A stretch of 64,000 bases of DNA, taken from positions 72,044,001 through 72,108,000 of the forward strand of contig OZ024741.1 in NCBI GenBank assembly GCA_964016885.1, in the 5' to 3' direction. A program made the translations under genes and the position numbers. Positions 35,201-50,200 of the stretch are shown here, in pieces (positions within the stretch are counted from its first letter, which is position 1; each line of letters opens with the position of its first letter). Under the pieces are notes generated by a model. That model did not search any database. It was not told where the DNA came from and worked only from the letters and a program-made list of their open reading frames with translations. Source of the DNA: Eledone cirrhosa (lineage: Eukaryota).

Positions 35201-38200
35201 TGGGAGAGACAGTGTTTTTATGGTGGTTTTGTAGTGTCTTGATTGACTGGGAGAGACTTTTTCTATGGTGGTGTTGTAGTGTCTTGAGTGACTGGGAGAG
35301 AGTTTTTTATGATGGTGTTGTAGTGTCTTGATTGACTGGAAGAGACAGTGTTTTTATGGTGGTGTTCTAGTGTCTTGATTGACTGGGAGAGGCAGTGTTT
35401 TTATGGTGGTGTTGTAGTGTCTTGATTGACTGGGAGAGACAGTGTTTTTATGGTGGTGTTGTAGTGTCTTGATTGACTGGGAGAGACTGTTTTTATGGTG
35501 GTGTTGTAGTGTCTTGATTGACTGGGAGAGGCAGTGTTTTTATGGTGGTGTTGTAGTGTCTTGATTGACTGGGAGAGAGTGTTTTTATGGTGGTTTTGTA
35601 GTGTCTTGATTGACTGGGAGAGAGAGTTTTTCATGGTGGTGTTGTAGTGTCTTGAGTGACTGGGAGAGAGTTTTTTTATGGTGGTGTTGTAGTGTCTTGA
35701 TTGAATGGGAGAGACAGTGTTTATATGGTGGTGTTGTAGTGTCTTGATTGACTGGGAGAGACAGTGTTTTTATGGTGGTGTTGTAGTGTCTTGATTGACA
35801 GGGAGTGACAGTGTTTTTATGGTGGTGTTGTAGAGTCTTGATTGACTGGGAGAGACAGTGTTTTTATGGTGGTGTTGTAGTGTCTTGATTGACCGGGATT
35901 GACAGTGTTTTTATGGTGGTGTTGTTGTGTCTTGATTGACTGGGAGAGACAGTGTTTTTATGGTGGTGTTGTAGTGTCTTGATTGACCGGGAGTGACAGT
36001 GTATTTATGGTGGTGTTGTAGAGTCTTGATTGACTGGGAGAGAGTGTTTTTATGGTGGTGTTGTAGTGTCTTGATTGACTGGGAGATGCAGTGTTTTTAT
36101 GGTGGTGTTGTAGTGTCTTGATTGACTGGGAGAGAGTATTTTTATGGTGGTGTTGTAGAGTCTTGATTGACTGGGAGAGAGTTTTTTATGGTGGTGTTGT
36201 AGTGTCTTGATTGATTGGAAGAGACAGTGTTTTTATGGTGGTGTTGTAGTGTCTTGATTGACTGGGAGAGACTTTTTTATGGTGGTGCGGTAGTGTCTTG
36301 AGTGACTGGGAGAGAGTTTTTTATGGTGGTGTTGTAGTGTCTTGATTCACTGGAAGAGACAGTGTTTTTATGGTGGTGATGTAGTGTCTTGATTGACTGG
36401 GAGAGGCAGTGCTTTTATGGTGGTGGTGTTTTGTCTTGATTGACTGGTAGAGACAGTGTTTATATTGTGGTGTTGTAGTGTCTTGATTGACTCGGAGAGA
36501 CAGTGTTTTTATGGTGGTGTTGTAGTGTTTGGATTGACTGGGAGAGAAAGTGTTTTTATGGTGGTGTTGTAGTGTTTGGATTGACTGGGAGAGACAGTGT
36601 TTTTATGATGGTGTTGTAGTTTCTTGATTGACTGGGAGAGACAGTGTTTTTATGGTGGTGTTGTAGTGTCTTGATAGACTGGGAGAGAGAGCGTTTTTAT
36701 GGTGGTGTTGTTGTGTCTTGATTGACTGGTAGAGACAGTGTTTTTATGGTGCTGTTGTACTGTCTTGATTGACTGGGAGAGACAGTGTTTTTATGGTGGT
36801 GTTGTAGTGTCTTGATTGACTGGGAGAGGCAGTGTTTTTATGGTGGTGTTGTAATGTTTTGATTGACTGGGAGAGAGAGTGTTTTATGGTGGTGTTGTAG
36901 TGTCTTGATTGACTGGGAGAGACAGTGTTTTTATGGTGGTATTGTAGTGTCTTGATTGACTGGGAGAGACAGTGTTTTTATGGTGGTGTTGTACTGTCTT
37001 GATTGACTGGGAGAGACAGTGTTTTTATGGTGATGTTGTAGTGTCTTGATTGACTGGGAGAGACAGTGTTTTTATTATGGTGTTGTAGTGTCTTGATTGA
37101 CTGGGAGAGACAGTGTTTTTATGGTGGTGTTGTAGTGTTTGGATTGACTGGGAGAGACAGTGTTTTTATTATGGTGTTGTAGTGTCTTGATTGACTCGGA
37201 GAGACAGTGTTTTTATGGTGGTGTTGTAGTGTTTGGATTGACTGGGAGAGACAGTGTTTTTATGGAGGTGTTGTAGTTTCTTGATTGACTGGGAGAGACA
37301 GTGTTTTTATGGTGGTGTTGTAGTGTCTTGATAGACTGGGAGAGAGAGCGTTTTTATGGTGGTGGTGTTGTTGTGTCTTGATTGACTGGTAGAGACAGTG
37401 TTTTTATGGTGCTGTTGTACTGTCTTGATTGACTGGGAGAGACAGTGTTTTTATGGTGGTGTTGTAGTGTCTTGATTGACTGGGAGAGGCAGTGTTTTTA
37501 TGGTGGTGTTGTAATGTCTTGATTGACTGGGAGAGACAGTGTTTTTATGGTGATGTTGTAGTGTCTTGATTGACTGGGAGAGACAGTGTTTTTATTATGG
37601 TGTTGTAGTGTCTTGATTGACTCGGAGAGACAGTGTTTTTATGGTCGTGTTGTAGTGTTTGGATTGACTGGGAGAGACAGTGTTTTTATGGTGGTGTTGT
37701 AATGTTTGGATTGACTGGGAGAGACAGTGTTTTTATGGTGGTGTTGTAGTTTCTTGATTGACTGGGAGAGACAGTGTTTTTATGGTGGTGTTGTAGTGTC
37801 TTGATTGACTGGGAGAGACAGTGTTTTTATGGTGATGTTGTAGTGTCTTGATTGACTGGGAGAGGCTGTGTTTTTATGGTGGTGGTGTTTTGTCTTGATT
37901 GACTGGTAGAGACAGTGTTTTTATTATGGTGTTGTAGTGTCTTGATTGACTCGGAGAGACAGTGTTTTTATGGTGGTGTTGTAGTGTTTGGATTGACTGG
38001 GAGAGACAGTGTTTTTATAGTTTCTTGATTGACTGGGAGAGACAGTGTTTTTATGGTGGTGTTGTAGTGTCTTGATTGACTGGGAGAGACAGTGTTTTTA
38101 TGGTGATGTTGTAGTGTCTTGATTGAATGGGAGAGGCTGTGTTTTTATGGTGGTGGTGTTTTGTCTTGATTGACTGTTAGAGACAGTGTTTTTATTATGG

Positions 38201-41200
38201 TGTCGTAGTTTCTTGATTGACTGCGAGAGACAGTGTTTTTATGGTGGTGTTGTAGTGTTTTGATTGACTGGGAGAGAGTGTTTTTATGTTGGTTTTGTAG
38301 TGTCTTGATTGACAGGGAGAGAGTTTTTTATGGTGGTGTTGTAGTGTCTTGATTGACTGGGAGAGACAGTGTTTTTATGGTGGCTTTGTAGTGTCTTGAT
38401 TGACTGGGAGAGACAGTGTTTTTATGGTGGTTTTGTAGTGTCTTGATTGACTGGGAGAGACTTTTTCTATGGTGGTGTTGTAGTGTCTTGAGTGACTGGG
38501 AGAGAGTTTTTTATGATGGTGTTGTAGTGTCTTGATTGACTGGAAGAGACAGTGTTTTTATGGTGGTGTTCTAGTGTCTTGATTGACTGGGAGAGGCAGT
38601 GTTTTTATGGTGGTGTTGTAGTGTCTTGATTGACTGGGAGAGACAGTGTTTTTATGGTGGTGTTGTAGTGTCTTGATTGACTGGGAGAGACTGTTTTTAT
38701 GGTGGTGTTGTAGTGTCTTGATTGACTGGGAGAGGCAGTGTTTTTATGGTGGTGTTGTAGTGTCTTGATTGACTGGGAGAGAGTGTTTTTATGGTGGTTT
38801 TGTAGTGTCTTGATTGACTGGGAGAGAGAGTTTTTCATGGTGGTGTTGTAGTGTCTTGAGTGACTGGGAGAGAGTTTTTTTATGGTGGTGTTGTAGTGTC
38901 TTGATTGAATGGGAGAGACAGTGTTTATATGGTGGTGTTGTAGTGTCTTGATTGACTGGGAGAGACAGTGTTTTTATGGTGGTGTTGTAGTGTCTTGATT
39001 GACAGGGAGTGACAGTGTTTTTATGGTGGTGTTGTAGAGTCTTGATTGACTGGGAGAGACAGTGTTTTTATGGTGGTGTTGTAGTGTCTTGATTGACCGG
39101 GATTGACAGTGTTTTTATGGTGGTGTTGTTGTGTCTTGATTGACTGGGAGAGACAGTGTTTTTATGGTGGTGTTGTAGTGTCTTGATTGACCGGGAGTGA
39201 CAGTGTATTTATGGTGGTGTTGTAGAGTCTTGATTGACTGGGAGAGAGTGTTTTTATGGTGGTGTTGTAGTGTCTTGATTGACTGGGAGATGCAGTGTTT
39301 TTATGGTCGTGTTGTAGTGTCTTGATTGACTGGGAGAGAGTATTTTTATGGTGGTGTTGTAGAGTCTTGATTGACTGGGAGAGAGTTTTTTATGGTGGTG
39401 TTGTAGTGTCTTGATTGATTGGAAGAGACAGTGTTTTTATGGTGGTGTTGTAGTGTCTTGATTGACTGGGAGAGACTTTTTTATGGTGGTGCGGTAGTGT
39501 CTTGAGTGACTGGGAGAGAGTTTTTTATGGTGGTGTTGTAGTGTCTTGATTCACTGGAAGAGACAGTGTTTTTATGGTGGTGATGTAGTGTCTTGATTGA
39601 CTGGGAGAGGCAGTGCTTTTATGGTGGTGGTGTTTTGTCTTGATTGACTGGTAGAGACAGTGTTTATATTGTGGTGTTGTAGTGTCTTGATTGACTCGGA
39701 GAGACAGTGTTTTTATGGTGGTGTTGTAGTGTTTGGATTGACTGGGAGAGAAAGTGTTTTTATGGTGGTGTTGTAGTGTTTGGATTGACTGGGAGAGACA
39801 GTGTTTTTATGATGGTGTTGTAGTTTCTTGATTGACTGGGAGAGACAGTGTTTTTATGGTGGTGTTGTAGTGTCTTGATAGACTGGGAGAGAGAGCGTTT
39901 TTATGGTGGTGTTGTTGTGTCTTGATTGACTGGTAGAGACAGTGTTTTTATGGTGCTGTTGTACTGTCTTGATTGACTGGGAGAGACAGTGTTTTTATGG
40001 TGGTGTTGTAGTGTCTTGATTGACTGGGAGAGGCAGTGTTTTTATGGTGGTGTTGTAATGTTTTGATTGACTGGGAGAGAGAGTGTTTTATGGTGGTGTT
40101 GTAGTGTCTTGATTGACTGGGAGAGACAGTGTTTTTATGGTGGTATTGTAGTGTCTTGATTGACTGGGAGAGACAGTGTTTTTATGGTGGTGTTGTACTG
40201 TCTTGATTGACTGGGAGAGACAGTGTTTTTATGGTGATGTTGTAGTGTCTTGATTGACTGGGAGAGACAGTGTTTTTATTATGGTGTTCTAGTGTCTTGA
40301 TTGACTGGGAGAGACAGTGTTTTTATGGTGGTGTTGTAGTGTTTGGATTGACTGGGAGAGACAGTGTTTTTATTATGGTGTTGTAGTGTCTTGATTGACT
40401 CGGAGAGACAGTGTTTTTATGGTGGTGTTGTAGTGTTTGGATTGACTGGGAGAGACAGTGTTTTTATGGAGGTGTTGTAGTTTCTTGATTGACTGGGAGA
40501 GACAGTGTTTTTATGGTGGTGTTGTAGTGTCTTGATTGACTGGGAGAGACAGTGGTTTTATGGTGGTGTTGTAGTGCCTTGATTGACTGGGAGAGACAGT
40601 GTTTTTATGGTGGTGTTGTAGTGTCTTGATTGACTGGGAGAGACAGTGTTTTTATGGTGGTGTTGTAGTGTCTTGATTGACTGAGAGAGGCAGTGTTTTT
40701 ATGGTGGTGTTGTAGTGCCTTGATTGACTGGGAGAGAGTGTTTTTATGGTGGTGTTGTAGTTTCTTGATTGACTGAGAGAGGCAGTGTTTTTATGGTGGT
40801 GTTGTAGTGACTTGATTGACTGAGAGAGGCAGTGTTTTTATGGTGGTGTTGTAGTGTCTTGATTGACTGGGAGAGACAGTGTTTTTATGGTGGTGTTGTA
40901 GTGTCTTGATTGACTGGGAGAGAGTGTTTTTATGGTGATGTTGTAGTGTCTTGATTGACTGGGAGATACAGTGTTTTTATGGTGGTGTTGTAGTGTCTTG
41001 ATTGACTGGGAGAGGAAATGTTTTTATGGTGGTGTTGTAGTGTCTTGATTGACTGGGAGAGACAGTGTTTTTATGGTGGTGTTGTAGTGTCTTGATTGAC
41101 TGGGAGAGACAGTGTTTTTATGGGGGTGTTGTAGTGTCTTGATTTACTGGGAGAGGCAGTGTTTTTATGGTGGTGTTGTAGTGTTTGGATTGACTGGGAG

Positions 41201-44200
41201 AGACAGTGTTTTTATGGTGGTGTTGTAGTGTTTGGAATGACTGGGAGAGACAGTGTTTTTATGGTGGTGTTGTAGATTCTTGATTGACTGGGAGAGACAG
41301 TGTTTTTATGGTAGTGTTGTAGTGTCTTGATTGACTGGGAGAGGCAGTGTTTTTATGGTGGTGTTGTAGTGTCTTGATTGACTGGGAGAGACCATGTTTT
41401 TATGGTGGTGTTGTAGTGTTTGGATTGACTGGGAGAGACAGTGTTTTTATGGTGGTGTTGTAGTTTCTTGATTGACTGGGAGAGACAGTGTTTTTATGGT
41501 GGTGTTGTAGTGTCTTGATTGACTGGGAGAGACAGTGTTTTTATGGTGGTGTTGTAGTGTCTTGATTGACTGGGAGAGACAGCGTTTTTATGGTGGTGTT
41601 GTAGTGACTTGATTGACTGGGAGAGACAGTGTTTTTATGGTGGTGTTGTAGTGTCTTGATTGACTGGGAGAGGCAGTGCTTCTATGGTGGTGGTGTTGTG
41701 TCTTGATCGACTGTTACAGACAGTGTTTTTATGGTGGTGTTGTAGTGTCTTGATTGACTGGGAGAGGCAGTGCTTTTATGGTGGTGGTGTTTTGTCTTGA
41801 TTGACCGGTAGAGACAGTGTTTTTATTATGGTGTTGTAGCGTCTTGATTGACTCGGAGAGACAGTGTTTTTATGGTTGTGTTGTAGTGTTTGGATTGACT
41901 GGGAGAGACAGTGTTTTTATGGTGGTGTTGTAGTGTTTGGATTGACTGGGAGAGATAGTGTTTTTATGGTGGTGTTGTAGTTTCTTGATTGACTGGGAGA
42001 GACAGTGTTTTTATGGTGGTGTTGTAGTGTCTTGATTGACTGGGAGAGACAGTGTTTTTATGGTGGTGTTGTAGTGTCTTGATTGACTGGGAGAGACAGC
42101 GTTTTTATGGTGGTGTTGTAGTGACTTGATTGACTGGGAGAGACAGTGTTTTTATGGTGGTGTTGTAGTGTCTTGATTGACTGGGAGAGGCAGTGCTTTT
42201 ATTGTGGTGGTGTTGTGTCTTGATTGACTGTTAGAGACAGTGTTTTTATGGTGGTGTTGTAGTGTCTTGATTGACTGGGAGAGGCAGTGCTTTTATGCTG
42301 GTGGTGTTGTGTCTTGATTGACTGTTAGAGACAGTGTTTTTATTGTGGTGTTGTAGTGTCTTGATTGACTCGGAGAGACAGTGTTTTTATGGTGGTGTTG
42401 TAGTGTCTTGATAGACTGGGAGAGAGAATGTTTTTATGGTGGTGTTGTTGTGTCTTGATTGACTGGTAGAGACAGTGTTTTTATTGTGGCGTTGTAGTGT
42501 CTTGATTGACTGGGAGAGGCAGTGTTTTTATGGTGGTGTTGTAATGTTTTGATTGACTGGGAGAGACAGTGTTTTTATGGTGCTGTTGTACTGTCTTGAT
42601 TGACTGGGAGAGACAGTGTTTTTATGGTGGTGGTGTTTTGTCTTGATTGACTGGTAGAGACAGTGTTTTTATTATGGTGTTGTAGTGTCTTGATTGACTC
42701 GGAGAGACAGTGTTTTTATGGTGGTGTTGTAGTGTTTGGATTGACTGGGAGAGACAGTGTTTTTATGGTGGTGTTGTAGTGTTTGGATTGACTGGGAGAG
42801 ACAGTGTTTTTATGGTGGTGTTGTAGTTTCTTGATTGACTGGGAGAGACAGTGTTTTTATGGTGGTGTTGTAGTGTCTTGATTGACTGGGAGAGACAGTG
42901 TTTTTATGGTGGTGTTGTAGTGTCTTGATTGACTGGGAGAGACAGCGTTTTTATGGTGGTGTTGTAGTGACTTGATTGACTGGGAGAGACAGTGTTTTTA
43001 TGGTGGTGTTGTAGTGTCTTGATTGACTGGGAGAGGCAGTGCTTTTATGGTGGTGGTGTTGTGTTGATTGACTGTTAGAGACAGTGTTTTTATTGTGGTG
43101 TTGTAGTGTCTTGATTGACTCGGAGAGACAGTGTTTTTATGGTGGTGTTGTAGTGTTTGGATTGACTGGGAGAGACAGTGTTTTTATGGTGGTGTTGTAG
43201 TGTTTGGATTGACTGGGAGACACAGTGTTTTTATGGTGGTGTTGTAGTTTCTTGATTGACTGGGAGAGACAGTGTTTTTATGGTGGTGTTGTAGTGTTTG
43301 GATTGACTGGGAGAGACAGTGTTTTTATGGTGGTGTTGTAGTTTCTTGATTGACTGGGAGAGACAGTGCTTTTATGGTGGTGTTGTAGTGTCTTGATTGA
43401 CTGGGAGAGACAGTGTTTTTATGGTGATGTTGTAGTGTCTTGATTGACTGGGAGAGGCTGTGTTTTTATGGTTGTGGTGTTTTGTCTTGATTGACTGGTA
43501 GAGACAGTGTTTTTATTATGGTGTCGTAGTTTCTTGATTGACTGGGAGAGACAGTGTTTTTATGGTGGTGTTGTAGTGTCTTGATTGACTGGGAGAGACA
43601 GTGTTTTTATGGTGATGTTGTAGTGTCTTGATTGACTGGGAGAGGCTGTGTTTTTATGGTGGTGGTGTTTTGTCTTGATTGACTGGTAGAGACAGTGTTT
43701 TTATTATGGTGTTGTAGTGTCTTGATTGACTCGGAGAGACAGTGTTTTTATGGTGGTGTTGTAGTGTTTGGATTGACTGGGAGAGACAGTGTTTTTATGG
43801 TGGTGTTGTAGTGTTTGGATTGACTGGGAGAGACAGTGTTTTTATGGAGGTGTTGTAGTTTCTTGATTGACTGGGAGAGACAGTGTTTTTATGGTGGTGT
43901 TGTAGTGTCTTGATTGACTGGGAGAGACAGTGTTTTTATGGTGGTGTTGTAGTGCCTTGATTGACTGGGAGATACAGTGTTTTTATGGTGGTGTTGTAGT
44001 GTCTTGATTGACTGGGAGAGACAGTGTTTTTATGGTGGTGTTGTAGTGTCTTGATTGACTGAGAGAGGCAGTGTTTTTATGGTGGTGTTGTAGTGCCTTG
44101 ATTGACTGGGAGAGAGTGTTTTTATGGTGGTGTTGTAGTTTCTTGATTGACTGAGAGAGGCAGTGTTTTTATGGTGGTGTTGTAGTGACTTGATTGACTG

Positions 44201-47200
44201 AGAGAGGCAGTGTTTTTATGGTGGTGTTGTAGGGCCTTGATTGACTGGGAGAGAGTGTTTTTATGGTGGTGTTGTAGTGTCTTGATTGACTGGGAGATAC
44301 AGTGTTTTTATGGTGGTGTTGTAGTGTCTTGATTGACTGGGAGAGACAGTGTTATTATGGTGGTGTTGGAGTGTCTTGATTGACTGGGAGAGACAGCGTT
44401 TTTATGGTGGTGTTGTAGTGACTTGATTGACTGGGAGAGACAGTGTTTTTATGGTGGTGTTGTAGTGTCTTGATTGACTGGGAGAGGCAGTGCTTTTATT
44501 GTGGTGGTGTTGTGTCTTGATTGACTGTTAGAGACAGTGTTTTTATGGTGGTGTTGTAGTGTCTTGATTGACTGGGAGAGGCAGTGCTTTTATGCTGGTG
44601 GTGTTGTGTCTTGATTGACTGTTAGAGACAGTGTTTTTATTGTGGTGTTGTAGTGTCTTGATTGACTCGGAGAGACAGTGTTTTTATGGTGGTGTTGTAG
44701 TGTCTTGATAGACTGGGAGAGAGAATGTTTTTATGGTGGTGTTGTTGTGTCTTGATTGACTGGTAGAGACAGTGTTTTTATTGTGGCGTTGTAGTGTCTT
44801 GATTGACTGGGAGAGGCAGTGTTTTTATGGTGGTGTTGTAATGTTTTGATTGACTGGGAGAGACAGTGTTTTTATGGTGCTGTTGTACTGTCTTGATTGA
44901 CTGGGAGAGACAGTGTTTTTATGGTGGTGGTGTTTTGTCTTGATTGACTGGTAGAGACAGTGTTTTTATTATGGTGTTGTAGTTTCTTGATTGACTGGGA
45001 GAGACAGTGTTTTTATGGTGGTGTTGTAGTGTCTTGATTGACTGGGAGAGACAGTGTTTTTATGGTGGTGTTGTAGTGTCTTGATTGACTGGGAGAGACA
45101 GCGTTTTTATGGTGGTGTTGTAGTGACTTGATTGACTGGGAGAGACAGTGTTTTTATGGTGGTGTTGTAGTGTCTTGATTGACTGGGAGAGGCAGTGCTT
45201 TTATGGTGGTGGTGTTGTGTCTTGATTGACTGTTAGAGACAGTGTTTTTATTGTGGTGTTGTAGTGTCTTGATTGACTCGGAGAGACAGTGTTTTTATGG
45301 TGGTGTTGTAGTGTTTGGATTGACTGGGAGAGACAGTGTTTTTATGGTGGTGTTGTAGTGTTTGGATTGACTGGGAGAGACAGTGTTTTTATGGTGGTAT
45401 TGTAGTTTCTTGATTGACTGGGAGAGACAGTGTTTTTATGGTGGTGTTGTAGTGTTTGGATTGACTGGGAGAGACAGTGTTTTTATGGTGGTGTTGTAGT
45501 GTCTTGATTGACTGGGAGAGACAGTGTTTTTATGGTGATGTTGTAGTGTCTTGATTGACTGGGAGAGGCTGTGTTTTTATGGTGGTGGTGTTTTGTCTTG
45601 ATTGACTGGTAGAGACAGTGTTTTTATTATGGTGTTGTAGTGTCTTGATTGACTCGGAGAGACAGTGTTTTTATGGTGGTGTTGTAGTGTTTGGATTGAC
45701 TGGGAGAGACAGTGTTTTTATGGTGGTGTTGTAGTGTTTGGATTGACTGGGAGGGACCGTGTTTTTATGGAGGTGTTGTAGTTTCTTGATTGACTGGGAG
45801 AGACAGTGTTTTTATGGTGGTGTTGTAGTGTCTTCATTGACTGGGAGAGACAGTGTTTTTATGGTGGTGTTGTAGTGTCTTGATTGACTGGGAGAGACAG
45901 TGTTTTTATGGTGGTGTTGTAGTGTCTTGATTGACTGAGAGAGGCAGTGTTTTTATGGTGGTGTTTTAGTGCCTTGATTGACTGGGAGAGAGTGTTTTTA
46001 TGGTGGTGTTGTAGTTTCTTGATTGACTGAGAGAGGCAGTGTTTTTATGGTGGTGTTGTAGTGACTTGATTGACTGAGAGAGGCAGTGTTTTTATGGTGG
46101 TGTTGTAGGGCCTTGATTGACAGGGAGAGAGTGTTTTTATGGTGGTGTTGTAGTGTCTTGATTGACTGGGAGATACAGTGTTTTTATGGTGGTGTTGTAG
46201 TGTCTTGATTGACTGGGAGAGACAGTGTTTTTATGGTGGTGTTGTAGTGTCTTGATTGACTGAGAGAGGCAGTGTTTTTATGGTGGTGTTGTAGTGCCTT
46301 GATTGACTGGGAGAGAGTGTTTTTATGGTGGTGTTGTAGTTTCTTGATTGACTGAGAGAGGCAGTGTTTTTATGGTGGTGTTGTAGTGACTTGATTGACT
46401 GAGAGAGGCAGTGTTTTTATGGTGGTGTTGTAGTGTCTTGATTGACTGGGAGAGACAGTGTTTTTATGGTGGTGTTGTAGTGTCTTGATTGACTGGGAGA
46501 GAGTGTTTTTATGGTGATGTTGTAGTGTCTTGATTGACTGGGAGATACAGTGTTTTTATGGTGGTGTTGTAGTGTCTTGATTGACTGGGAGAGGAAATGT
46601 TTTTATGGTGGTGTTGTAGTGTCTTGATTGACTGGGAGAGACAGTGTTTTTATGGTGGTGTTGTAGTGTCTTGATTGACTGGGAGAGACAGTGTTTTTAT
46701 GGGGGTGTTGTAGTGTCTTGATTTACTGGGAGAGGCAGTGTTTTTATGGTGGTGTTGTAGTGTTTGGATTGACTGGGAGAGACAGTGTTTTTATGGTGGT
46801 GTTGTAGTGTTTGGAATGACTGGGAGAGACAGTGTTTTTATGGTGGTGTTGTAGATTCTTGATTGACTGGGAGAGACAGTGTTTTTATGGTAGTGTTGTA
46901 GTGTCTTGATTGACTGGGAGAGGCAGTGTTTTTATGGTGGTGTTGTAGTGTCTTGATTGACTGGGAGAGACCATGTTTTTATGGTGGTGTTGTAGTGTTT
47001 GGATTGACTGGGAGAGACAGTGTTTTTATGGTGGTGTTGTAGTTTCTTGATTGACTGGGAGAGACAGTGTTTTTATGGTGGTGTTGTAGTGTCTTGATTG
47101 ACTGGGAGAGACAGTGTTTTTATGGTGGTGTTGTAGTGTCTTGATTGACTGGGAGAGACAGCGTTTTTATGGTGGTGTTGTAGTGACTTGATTGACTGGG

Positions 47201-50200
47201 AGAGACAGTGTTTTTATGGTGGTGTTGTAGTGTCTTGATTGACTGGGAGAGGCAGTGCTTCTATGGTGGTGGTGTTGTGTCTTGATCGACTGTTACAGAC
47301 AGTGTTTTTATGGTGGTGTTGTAGTGTCTTGATTGACTGGGAGAGGCAGTGCTTTTATGGTGGTGGTGTTTTGTCTTGATTGACCGGTAGAGACAGTGTT
47401 TTTATTATGGTGTTGTAGCGTCTTGATTGACTCGGAGAGACAGTGTTTTTATGGTTGTGTTGTAGTGTTTGGATTGACTGGGAGAGACAGTGTTTTTATG
47501 GTGGTGTTGTAGTGTTTGGATTGACTGGGAGAGATAGTGTTTTTATGGTGGTGTTGTAGTTTCTTGATTGACTGGGAGAGACAGTGTTTTTATGGTGGTG
47601 TTGTAGTGTCTTGATTGACTGGGAGAGACAGTGTTTTTATGGTGGTGTTGTAGTGTCTTGATTGACTGGGAGAGACAGCGTTTTTATGGTGGTGTTGTAG
47701 TGACTTGATTGACTGGGAGAGACAGTGTTTTTATGGTGGTGTTGTAGTGTCTTGATTGACTGGGAGAGGCAGTGCTTTTATTGTGGTGGTGTTGTGTCTT
47801 GATTGACTGTTAGAGACAGTGTTTTTATGGTGGTGTTGTAGTGTCTTGATTGACTGGGAGAGGCAGTGCTTTTATGCTGGTGGTGTTGTGTCTTGATTGA
47901 CTGTTAGAGACAGTGTTTTTATTGTGGTGTTGTAGTGTCTTGATTGACTCGGAGAGACAGTGTTTTTATGGTGGTGTTGTAGTGTCTTGATAGACTGGGA
48001 GAGAGAATGTTTTTATGGTGGTGTTGTTGTGTCTTGATTGACTGGTAGAGACAGTGTTTTTATTGTGGCGTTGTAGTGTCTTGATTGACTGGGAGAGGCA
48101 GTGTTTTTATGGTGGTGTTGTAATGTTTTGATTGACTGGGAGAGACAGTGTTTTTATGGTGCTGTTGTACTGTCTTGATTGACTGGGAGAGACAGTGTTT
48201 TTATGGTGGTGGTGTTTTGTCTTGATTGACTGGTAGAGACAGTGTTTTTATTATGGTGTTGTAGTGTCTTGATTGACTCGGAGAGACAGTGTTTTTATGG
48301 TGGTGTTGTAGTGTTTGGATTGACTGGGAGAGACAGTGTTTTTATGGTGGTGTTGTAGTGTTTGGATTGACTGGGAGAGACAGTGTTTTTATGGTGGTGT
48401 TGTAGTTTCTTGATTGACTGGGAGAGACAGTGTTTTTATGGTGGTGTTGTAGTGTCTTGATTGACTGGGAGAGACAGTGTTTTTATGGTGGTGTTGTAGT
48501 GTCTTGATTGACTGGGAGAGACAGCGTTTTTATGGTGGTGTTGTAGTGACTTGATTGACTGGGAGAGACAGTGTTTTTATGGTGGTGTTGTAGTGTCTTG
48601 ATTGACTGGGAGAGGCAGTGCTTTTATGGTGGTGGTGTTGTGTTGATTGACTGTTAGAGACAGTGTTTTTATTGTGGTGTTGTAGTGTCTTGATTGACTC
48701 GGAGAGACAGTGTTTTTATGGTGGTGTTGTAGTGTTTGGATTGACTGGGAGAGACAGTGTTTTTATGGTGGTGTTGTAGTGTTTGGATTGACTGGGAGAC
48801 ACAGTGTTTTTATGGTGGTGTTGTAGTTTCTTGATTGACTGGGAGAGACAGTGTTTTTATGGTGGTGTTGTAGTGTTTGGATTGACTGGGAGAGACAGTG
48901 TTTTTATGGTGGTGTTGTAGTTTCTTGATTGACTGGGAGAGACAGTGCTTTTATGGTGGTGTTGTAGTGTCTTGATTGACTGGGAGAGACAGTGTTTTTA
49001 TGGTGATGTTGTAGTGTCTTGATTGACTGGGAGAGGCTGTGTTTTTATGGTTGTGGTGTTTTGTCTTGATTGACTGGTAGAGACAGTGTTTTTATTATGG
49101 TGTCGTAGTTTCTTGATTGACTGGGAGAGACAGTGTTTTTATGGTGGTGTTGTAGTGTCTTGATTGACTGGGAGAGACAGTGTTTTTATGGTGATGTTGT
49201 AGTGTCTTGATTGACTGGGAGAGGCTGTGTTTTTATGGTGGTGGTGTTTTGTCTTGATTGACTGGTAGAGACAGTGTTTTTATTATGGTGTTGTAGTGTC
49301 TTGATTGACTCGGAGAGACAGTGTTTTTATGGTGGTGTTGTAGTGTTTGGATTGACTGGGAGAGACAGTGTTTTTATGGTGGTGTTGTAGTGTTTGGATT
49401 GACTGGGAGAGACAGTGTTTTTATGGAGGTGTTGTAGTTTCTTGATTGACTGGGAGAGACAGTGTTTTTATGGTGGTGTTGTAGTGTCTTGATTGACTGG
49501 GAGAGACAGTGTTTTTATGGTGGTGTTGTAGTGCCTTGATTGACTGGGAGATACAGTGTTTTTATGGTGGTGTTGTAGTGTCTTGATTGACTGGGAGAGA
49601 CAGTGTTTTTATGGTGGTGTTGTAGTGTCTTGATTGACTGAGAGAGGCAGTGTTTTTATGGTGGTGTTGTAGTGCCTTGATTGACTGGGAGAGAGTGTTT
49701 TTATGGTGGTGTTGTAGTTTCTTGATTGACTGAGAGAGGCAGTGTTTTTATGGTGGTGTTGTAGTGACTTGATTGACTGAGAGAGGCAGTGTTTTTATGG
49801 TGGTGTTGTAGGGCCTTGATTGACTGGGAGAGAGTGTTTTTATGGTGGTGTTGTAGTGTCTTGATTGACTGGGAGATACAGTGTTTTTATGGTGGTGTTG
49901 TAGTGTCTTGATTGACTGGGAGAGACAGTGTTATTATGGTGGTGTTGGAGTGTCTTGATTGACTGGGAGAGACAGCGTTTTTATGGTGGTGTTGTAGTGA
50001 CTTGATTGACTGGGAGAGACAGTGTTTTTATGGTGGTGTTGTAGTGTCTTGATTGACTGGGAGAGGCAGTGCTTTTATTGTGGTGGTGTTGTGTCTTGAT
50101 TGACTGTTAGAGACAGTGTTTTTATGGTGGTGTTGTAGTGTCTTGATTGACTGGGAGAGGCAGTGCTTTTATGCTGGTGGTGTTGTGTCTTGATTGACTG

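Noticed and set aside
17857-38838. Eight identical 77-aa minus-strand ORFs (MKNSLSQSIKTLQ...)
   Set aside because: Translations of satellite monomers. A TTTTCAT variant creates an ATG and 45-bp variants delay the single TAA. Useful only as HOR markers.
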